NCBI GenBank assembly: GCA_905212515.1
Contig: CAJMEU010000001.1
Span: forward strand, 1-51,883
Direction: 5' to 3'
Length of the DNA: 51,883 nucleotides
Origin: an uncultured Oscillospiraceae bacterium
GTDB taxonomy: Bacteria; Bacillota; Clostridia; Oscillospirales; Ruminococcaceae
Shown piece after piece: positions 46,044-51,883 of this stretch. Each line of letters starts with the position of its first letter. Position 1 is the stretch's first letter. Position numbers and translations under genes: made by a program. The notes below the pieces were generated by a model that was given only the letters and a program-made list of their open reading frames with translations, had not been told where the DNA came from and searched no databases.

Positions 46044-46826
46044 ATGATGAAAAGCGAGACGATCTTTTCCGGCCGGCGGGCGGCCCCCTGGCTGCTGGGG
46101 GCGCTGCTGACCCTGCGGTTTCCCTTGCTGATACTGGGCGGCACATCGGCCGCCGCCGCAGCGGTTTATCTGGTGGACACGTAGCTTTGTACGGCCCTGC
46201 TTTTTTGGGCGCTGCGGGACAGGCTGGACCGCTGCTTTGTCACCTTGCCCGCTTTGGCCCTGTTCCTGCTGTCGCCTCTATTTGCCTGGCAGGGCGGCAT
46301 GGACGACTTCACCGTGTGGCTGCGGGCGCTGGTATGCGCCGCGCTGGCCTGGGGGTTGTGGCGCCGGCGGGCGGAGGTGCGGCTGGCGCACAGCCGGGGC
46401 TTTGTGAAAAACCTGTTGCTGACAGCGGTACTGGTGGCTGCCGCCGCCCTGCTGTTTGCCTGGGTGCGCGGTTTCAAGGGCGGCGGGGAGGCGCCCACGG
46501 CCGAAAGCGTTTGGCGGGGCCTGTGTTTTCAGCTGTCCTTTGCGGCCGTGATGGAAGAACCGTTGTTCCGCGCCTTTTTGCCTGCGCTGCTGGAATCCCG
46601 CGGGCTGCGCCCCGCCGCCGCCGTATTGGCGTGCGCGGCCATTTTCTGGCTGGGGCATGCGTATTATATCGGCACAGGCGCCAATTTTTGGGTCGTTATC
46701 CCTCTGGCGTCGCTGCTGCTGGGCCTGGTGGCGCGCAGAACTGGCAGCATGGCCTGGTCCATGGGCGCCCATGCCTGCCTGAATGCGCTGGGCGATATTT
46801 TCCAGCATTCGCTTCGGCTGTTTTAA
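46044..46826 (+). pseudogene. CPBP/CAAX-family intramembrane protease interrupted by an in-frame TAG
   Basis: AAGGAG RBS and ATG 46044; TAG at 46182-46184; the same frame continues to EEPLFR, FWLGH and AHACLN motifs. Confidence 0.75.
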
Positions 46827-46841
46827 CGCCCGCATGCCGGG

Positions 46842-47609
46842 TCACAGCCGCAGGCTGAAATCTCCGCAGGGGAACAGCCCTGCGCCCTGGCATAATCGGC
46901 CCGCCCGCTGCAAACCGGCCAGCGCGCCGGCCACCCGCCCGGCCAGGTCGGGCGGGACGGGCAGGGCGTAGTGGCCCGGCCAAATGCGCCGCGCGTTCAG
47001 CGCGGCCATTTTTTGTGCCGACAGCAGAAAGGCCGCTGGGTCCGTGGTGGGATAGAACATGTCCAGTTGGCCTTGATAGAACAGGTCGCCGGAGAAAAGG
47101 GCGCCGCGCGCGGCCTCCCAAAAACACACGCGGCCCGGCGAATGGCCTGGTGTGTGGCACACTTGTATTTGGCGGCCGCCCAGGTCCAGTACTTGCCCAT
47201 CGTGCAAAAACTGGGTGGCCCCGCCGGCGAACACGGCGTAAGCGGCGGCGTCGAAGCCGGGCGGGAAGGCACAGGGCTGCCGCGTCAGCTGGGCGCGCAC
47301 CGCCGCGGGCGGCAGCGGGAAATGCCCCGCCAGCCACGGCGCCTCGGCCCTGTGCACCGCCCGTCGGGCAAAGGCGCCCAAAGCCCCGATGTGGTCCCAG
47401 TGGGCGTGGGTGACGGCCGCCAGCACGGGCAGATCCGTCAGGGCCCGCACCTGGGCCGCCAGGTCGTCCACGCCCAGGCCGGTGTCGATCAGCAGCGCGC
47501 GCCGCGCGCCCAGCAGCAGGTAGCAGTGGGGCTGTTCCCAGTGCAAGGGCTCACTGATAACGGCCGTATCCGCCTCCGGCCATTGAACGTCAAACCAGGG
47601 CCTAGCCAT
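46842..47609 (-). CDS. Metallo-beta-lactamase-fold hydrolase
   Basis: LLIDTG, THAHWDHIG, TPGHSPG, FSGD, PGH. Confidence 0.9.
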   Translation of the reverse strand: MARPWFDVQWPEADTAVISEPLHWEQPHCYLLLGARRALLIDTGLGVDDLAAQVRALTDLPVLAAVTHAHWDHIGALGAFARRAVHRAEAPWLAGHFPLPPAAVRAQLTRQPCAFPPGFDAAAYAVFAGGATQFLHDGQVLDLGGRQIQVCHTPGHSPGRVCFWEAARGALFSGDLFYQGQLDMFYPTTDPAAFLLSAQKMAALNARRIWPGHYALPVPPDLAGRVAGALAGLQRAGRLCQGAGLFPCGDFSLRL

Positions 47610-47997
47610 GCTGCGGCGCCTCCGGCTGGCCATTGTCCAGGCAGAAAGGGTGGCCCGCCGGGTCCAGCAGGGTGCGGGAGGTGGTGAAATATTGGGCGTC
47701 GGCCAATCTGGCGCCGCACGCCAGGGCAAAAGCCACGGCCGCGTCCAGGTCGCCCACGCGCCAGTCCAGGTGCAGCATCTGCCCGGGCGCGCCGGGCCGC
47801 CAGGGCCAAACCGGCGGCGCGTAAGCGGGCACGGCCTGGAACGCCAGCGTCCAACCCTCGGGCGCGGTCAGCGCGGCCCAGCCCTCGCCGGCCGGTTCCC
47901 GGGGCCAGCCCAGCAGCTTCTGATAGAAAGCGGCCAGGGCCGCGGGGTCGGCGCAGTCCAGCACGATGCCGGACAGCCTGCATGTCCCGCCCATCAC
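47602..47997 (-). CDS. VOC/glyoxalase family protein
   Basis: VLDCADPAALAAFY, QMLHLD, LDPAGHPFCL. Confidence 0.9.
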   Translation of the reverse strand: MMGGTCRLSGIVLDCADPAALAAFYQKLLGWPREPAGEGWAALTAPEGWTLAFQAVPAYAPPVWPWRPGAPGQMLHLDWRVGDLDAAVAFALACGARLADAQYFTTSRTLLDPAGHPFCLDNGQPEAPQHG

Positions 47998-48431
47998 AGC
48001 ATCCCCCGCTTCGCCGCCGGCAGCCGCAACCGGATCAGCGCCAGCGCGTCCGCCATGGCCTGCCGGCTGTCCACGGGCAGCATCAGCCAGCGCGCGCCGT
48101 TCACCGCGTCCGCCCGGCGGTAGATCTTTGCCGTCTCTGGGCTGAAGGTGGGCAGCAGGGCCTCGGCTTCAAGCTGCTCTTTGGGGCCGACCGTCACCAT
48201 ACAGGTAAAATGGCCGCTGTCCGGGTATAGCACGCACAGGCTGCGGCCGCTGCGGCGGAATTTCACATTCCAGCCCGGTGCGCCGCAGCATTTGCTGTAC
48301 TCGATGGCTTTTTGGCCGCCGGCAGCCTCGCACGCGGCGCACAGCGGCGCCCAATAAGGGGAATCCACCGCCGCGCACAGCTCGTCGAACTCCGGTTGCC
48401 GCAGAGCGGGGAAACGTTCAGTCCAAAGCAT
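47994..48431 (-). CDS. DUF3788-like protein
   Basis: YSKC..PGWNVKFRRSGRSLCVLYP, ARWLMLPV..LIRLR; AGGAGG RBS. Confidence 0.75.
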   Translation of the reverse strand: MLWTERFPALRQPEFDELCAAVDSPYWAPLCAACEAAGGQKAIEYSKCCGAPGWNVKFRRSGRSLCVLYPDSGHFTCMVTVGPKEQLEAEALLPTFSPETAKIYRRADAVNGARWLMLPVDSRQAMADALALIRLRLPAAKRGML

Positions 48432-48451
48432 AAGAAGCCTCCTTTTGCCTG

Positions 48452-49291
48452 TCAGGGCTCGTCGGGCAGGGCCGCGTCCAGCGCCCGGCGCCAGGCGGGC
48501 GGCTGGACGTCGTCGCCCCAATATTCTTCCAGGGCGGTGATTCGCCCCGCGTCATCGAAGGTGAAAAAGGACACGGCGTGGAACGCTTCGCCCTCGCCGC
48601 TCTCCACGGCGGTGGCGGTCACCACGCCGCCGGGGATGGGCTCGGCCCGCACCACGGTGCCATGCCAAGTGCCGGGATAGGCACAGTTGGCCCGGATATA
48701 TCCCGCGGAGGTGAAGCGCTCGGCCGTGTTCGGCCAGCGCACCACAGCGTTCTCGGCAAAATAGCCGGGCAGGGCCGCCGCGTCCTGGCGCAGCACGGCC
48801 CCCCAGAAGGACAGCGCCGCGGCCCGCAGCCGGTCGGCGGCCGGCACATGGGCCAGGCCCAGGGCCTTTTGCGCCAATGCCTCGGCGTACAGCAGCGGCG
48901 TGATGGCAGGATAGGTCAGCCGGTCGGGCGGGGGCAGGGTATCGAAGGCGCGCACTTCCGCGATCTCATGGGTCAGCGGTTCCATGTGCTCGAAATAAGC
49001 CACGAACACCATGCCGTTGGCCTCGTCCCCCGCCGCACCGGCACGATAATCGCACAGCGGCTGGATGGCGGCGTCCACGGCGCCGCTCTCCTCCCGCAAT
49101 TCCCGGGCCGCGGCCTCCATGGGGGTCTCCCCCGGCTCGATGTGGCCGCCCTGGCTTTCCCACGTGGCGCGGCTGGCGTGGCGGGACAGCAGCAGCCGCC
49201 CGTCCACGCAGGACAGCGTCACCACGTATTTGTAATTTTTTAGCGTCCCCAAGGGGTGGATGGCACAGCGCAAAACGATCTCCTCCCTCAT
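48452..49291 (-). CDS. NUDIX hydrolase fused to a C-terminal SnoaL/NTF2-like domain
   Basis: Nudix box GGHIEPGETPMEAAARELREESG; C-terminal YFAENAVVRWPNTAERF..EEYWGDD. Confidence 0.85.
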   Translation of the reverse strand: MREEIVLRCAIHPLGTLKNYKYVVTLSCVDGRLLLSRHASRATWESQGGHIEPGETPMEAAARELREESGAVDAAIQPLCDYRAGAAGDEANGMVFVAYFEHMEPLTHEIAEVRAFDTLPPPDRLTYPAITPLLYAEALAQKALGLAHVPAADRLRAAALSFWGAVLRQDAAALPGYFAENAVVRWPNTAERFTSAGYIRANCAYPGTWHGTVVRAEPIPGGVVTATAVESGEGEAFHAVSFFTFDDAGRITALEEYWGDDVQPPAWRRALDAALPDEP

Positions 49292-49662
49292 AACCGGCGC
49301 AGCAGCGCCAAAATGGCTGCCTCGTCTTCCGGGGCATCGTAGTCGCCGGTCAGCAGGCCGGGGTAGTGGTATTGATAGCCGGCTGCCTCGCCCCGCCGCA
49401 GAGCGGCCAGCAGCGCCTCTTCGCCCTCCTGGCCCAGAAAACGGCAGAAGGCCCTCACCCGGGGCTTTTGCAGCATGGGCTGGCCGCAGGGGAATTCAGC
49501 GCAGGCCCAGCAGCCCGGCAGATCTTGCCGCCGGCAGCAGGCGGCAATGGCACAATCGGCCGTGTGGGCGCAGCCGCCGCGCCGGCATCCGGCACAGCTG
49601 CCGTTGTCACTGCACACACAGCAGGCCAATCCGCAATAGGCAAATCCCTTTTCAGCCTCCAT
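49288..49662 (-). CDS. DUF3795-like Cys-rich protein
   Basis: AYCGLACCVC, CAGC, CAIAACC, CWACAEFPC. Confidence 0.8.
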   Translation of the reverse strand: MEAEKGFAYCGLACCVCSDNGSCAGCRRGGCAHTADCAIAACCRRQDLPGCWACAEFPCGQPMLQKPRVRAFCRFLGQEGEEALLAALRRGEAAGYQYHYPGLLTGDYDAPEDEAAILALLRRL

Positions 49663-50008
49663 GCCCTTCCTCCGCTGCGAAAGCCGCCGCGTCCAGCAGC
49701 GGCACCACGTTGATGACGGGCTCTTCATAAGGGTGGACGGCCCGCACGGCCGCCAGTGCCTGGGGGACGTTTTGGGCCGGGCAGCGCATTTCCAGTTTGT
49801 ACTCCCGCCCGCGGCACAGGCTATCCACTGCCCCGTCGTAAGGATCGCTGCCCGGCAAGGGGCGCCAACAGCCCTCCACCGGCGCCCAGGAGGCCACGTG
49901 GTCATACAGGCCCACCCGGCCCGCGCCCGCCTCATGCAATGCTTCCAAAACCGCGTCCAGGCAGCTGGACGGCAGATAAATTTCCAATTTTACTGTGCCC
50001 TGCATCAT
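49652..50008 (-). CDS. Small NIF3-insert/CutA-like (PII-like fold) protein
   Basis: KLEIYLP, ALHEAGAG.VGLYDHV, WRPLPGSDPY, VHPYEEP. Confidence 0.8.
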   Translation of the reverse strand: MMQGTVKLEIYLPSSCLDAVLEALHEAGAGRVGLYDHVASWAPVEGCWRPLPGSDPYDGAVDSLCRGREYKLEMRCPAQNVPQALAAVRAVHPYEEPVINVVPLLDAAAFAAEEGHGG

Positions 50009-50012
50009 TTTG

Positions 50013-50606
50013 TCACCAGCTTTCTTCCGCGGGCAGCCGCCGCGCCAGGCGCGGGCCGCTGCCGTCGTCCTCCACCACCAGGATGGCACAGTTATCCACC
50101 AAGGTGCCGTTCCACAATTCATCCAGCGGCGCGCCCGTCAGCTGCAGGGCGATGCAGCGCAGTGCGGCCCCGTGGGTGACGGCCAGGATCCGCTGGCCGT
50201 GGTGGCGCCCCATCACGTCCTGCAAAAAATCAGCGGTGCGTGTCATCACGCCGGGAAAGCTCTCACCACCCGCGGGCGGCACATAGGCCGAGGGTTTGTC
50301 AAAAAAGGCCGCGGGCATCTGCGTCACCGGCACGCCCTCCCAGGCGCCGAAGCCCATCTCCAGCAGGCGGCTGTCGGCCAGGATCTTTTCCTCAGGCAGG
50401 CCGGTGGCCAGTTGGGCCGTCCGGCGTGCCCGCTGCAAAGGGCTGGCGTATACGGCGCCGAAAGCAAGGCCGGCCAGGCGCGCGCCGGCCGCTTTGGCCT
50501 GGGCGCGGCCAGTCTCGTTCAGGGGCACGTCGGCATGGCCCTGCATGCGGTGCGCGCAGTTCCAGTCCGTCTCGCCGTGGCGCATCAAATAAAGTGTCGT
50601 ACGCAT
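50013..50606 (-). CDS. Histidine phosphatase family protein
   Basis: LMRHGETDWN, SPLQRA, EMGFGAWEG, GGES, VTHG. Confidence 0.93.
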   Translation of the reverse strand: MRTTLYLMRHGETDWNCAHRMQGHADVPLNETGRAQAKAAGARLAGLAFGAVYASPLQRARRTAQLATGLPEEKILADSRLLEMGFGAWEGVPVTQMPAAFFDKPSAYVPPAGGESFPGVMTRTADFLQDVMGRHHGQRILAVTHGAALRCIALQLTGAPLDELWNGTLVDNCAILVVEDDGSGPRLARRLPAEESW

Positions 50607-50666
50607 TTTAAAAGTCCTTTTTAATGTACTTGCAATGAAGTAAGATGGAAACAGAAGGGGAAAAGT

Positions 50667-51275
50667 TCACCACTTGGCCTTCGTTTCCACCACTTTGCCG
50701 GCGATATAAAGATGGTCCAGATCCTCTCCCATGATCACCTGGGCGGGATAATCGGGGTTGAAAGGCTGCAGCACCACGCTGGAACCGCGCACCACATACT
50801 TTTTCAGCGTGCCTTCCCCTTCGCCGAACACCATCACGCCCAGGTCGCCCGAGGCAAGCGTGCTCTGCCGGTGTACCAGGGCCAAGTCGCCGTCGCTGAT
50901 GCGCGGTTCCATGCTGTCGCCCTTTACCCTCAAATAAAAATAACTGCCGGGGTCTTTCACACGGGCGTACTCCTCGCCGTAATCCTCTTCCATGGCCAGT
51001 GCGCCGTAGCCCGCCCGCACGGTGCCGATGACGGGGATCAAATGCTCCCCGGCGGCGCGGTAAGGCTCCACGGCCGGGGCCTCCGGCTCCGCCAGAAGAT
51101 AGTCGGTGGTCACGCCCATCCGGGCGGCCAGGGCGGAAATAGTCTGGGCGTCGGGTGTGGAGCGCCCCGTCTCCCACTTGCCCACGGCCTGTTGGCTCAC
51201 CCCCAACACATTGGCCAAAGCCTGTTGGGATAACCCGCGCAGCCGGCGAAGTTCCCGCAGACGCTGTGCAAACAT
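50667..51275 (-). CDS. XRE-HTH + peptidase S24 autocleaving repressor (LexA/CI-like)
   Basis: Cro/CI-type HTH (LSQQALA..VSQQAVGKWETG), Ala-Gly cleavage site (VRAG), Ser (GDSM) and Lys (TLKK) dyad. Confidence 0.92.
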   Translation of the reverse strand: MFAQRLRELRRLRGLSQQALANVLGVSQQAVGKWETGRSTPDAQTISALAARMGVTTDYLLAEPEAPAVEPYRAAGEHLIPVIGTVRAGYGALAMEEDYGEEYARVKDPGSYFYLRVKGDSMEPRISDGDLALVHRQSTLASGDLGVMVFGEGEGTLKKYVVRGSSVVLQPFNPDYPAQVIMGEDLDHLYIAGKVVETKAKW

Positions 51276-51306
51276 GCGCCTCGCTCCTTTCCTGTTGTTC
51301 ATTTCT

Positions 51307-51407
51307 ATGATACAACCAAAAGTAGTAGTTGTAAAGGGGACTTTAGGCAAAAATTTTAAAAATAGTAGTTATAACTACTTGACAACAACCGAAAGTTGTA
51401 TTATTGT
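51307..51407. promoter_or_regulatory. Divergent promoters, each with an ACAAC-N5-GTWGT operator in the -35/-10 spacer
   Basis: Minus: TTTACA (51335-30)-17-TATCAT (51312-07) with ACAACcaaaaGTAGT at 51312-26. Plus: TTGACA (51379-84)-17-TATTGT (51402-07) with ACAACcgaaaGTTGT at 51385-99. Palindrome AGTAGTTATAACTACT at 51364-79. Confidence 0.8.
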
Positions 51408-51464
51408 AAGACCAAGGAATCAATGAACCACACGGCGCGCGGCCGTTTTTGAGGAGGAAGGATC

Positions 51465-51722
51465 ATGAAAAAAGTAGAAAGTTTTGTTCTTCGTATGCTG
51501 GCGGTGCTGTGCGGGATCGGGTCGCTGTCATTCCTGGGTGCCTACGTGTCTGATGGGCTGAACCCGTCCATGCTGCTGTGCCCGGTGCTGGCCCTGCTGT
51601 GCTATGCGGCACTGAGCATTGAAAAGGAGCTGCAGGCCGCCCATCGCCGCGAGGCAATGCGGGCGCGGCGCGCGCGCAAACTGCAGGTGGTCAAAGCCGC
51701 CAAGCCCATGCGGCCCGCGTAA
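51465..51722 (+). CDS. Small hypothetical membrane protein (2 TM helices, basic C-terminal tail)
   Basis: GAGGAGG RBS, own promoter and terminator, two hydrophobic segments. Confidence 0.8.
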   Translation: MKKVESFVLRMLAVLCGIGSLSFLGAYVSDGLNPSMLLCPVLALLCYAALSIEKELQAAHRREAMRARRARKLQVVKAAKPMRPA

Positions 51723-51730
51723 ACCACCGA

Positions 51731-51763
51731 AAGGCGGCGGCCCTTTGGCCCGCCGCACCTTTT
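51731..51763 (+). terminator. Probable intrinsic terminator
   Basis: GC-rich GCGGCGG-CC/GG-C-CCGCCGC stem followed by ACCTTTT. Confidence 0.6.
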
Positions 51764-51795
51764 GCGTCGAAAAGATGGAATTTTCCAGAATTGGA

Positions 51796-51824
51796 TTGAC
51801 AAATGGGAAAACCTATGGTATCAT
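51796..51824 (+). promoter_or_regulatory. sigma-A promoter of the tRNA
   Basis: TTGACA-17 bp-TATCAT with TGn extension. Confidence 0.8.
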
Positions 51825-51854
51825 AATTCAGCACTCTAAACTGCACCGCGCCAT

Positions 51855-51883
51855 GGAGAGGTGTCCGAGTGGTTGATGGAGGC
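51855..51883 (+). tRNA. 5' end of a tRNA, probably tRNA-Ser (truncated by the window end)
   Basis: GGAGAGGTGTCCGAGTGGTTGATGG resembles a class II tRNA-Ser acceptor/D-arm start; the anticodon is not in the window. Confidence 0.65.

Noticed and set aside
50667..51883. Prophage immunity region next to a tRNA
   Set aside because: No integrase, Cro, antirepressor, replication or structural genes flank it within the window.

Overview
51.9 kb of chromosome from a high-GC Firmicute. Gene content and sigma-A/Shine-Dalgarno signals suggest Clostridia, probably Oscillospiraceae (inference). Layout: (1) 1-5.1 kb: a tandem multi-hairpin repeat, GDPD, YaaA, a C39 peptidase, a Zn-ribbon protein and a YtrA-type GntR/ABC operon. 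(2) tRNA-Val(CAC) followed by a frameshifted, N-terminally truncated tyrosine integrase. (3) A ~27.5 kb glycoside-utilisation region: GH1, GUS-like GH2, GH43, two GH78, GH3, two GPH symporters, rhaBAD, four AraC regulators, and a lower-GC MATE/acetyltransferase block. (4) Stress and envelope genes: Csp, CarD-like, ECF sigma/anti-sigma, PadR-DUF1700-DUF4097-PspC, cyclophilin. (5) A DNA-repair-flavoured minus-strand cluster: TIGR03916-like radical SAM, DUF4130, AAA ATPase, membrane MutS-V. (6) A run of small-enzyme genes behind an XRE-S24 (LexA/CI-like) repressor that diverges from a small membrane-protein gene, with matching operators in both promoters; the window ends inside a tRNA. Most notable: a dispersed structured repeat with covarying stems (1-185 and, inverted, ~23.6 kb), a candidate non-canonical SOS switch, and a cytoplasmic deglycosylation island whose enzyme set fits rhamnosylated/glucuronylated plant glycosides. 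All family calls come from motif recognition by eye, not database searches.
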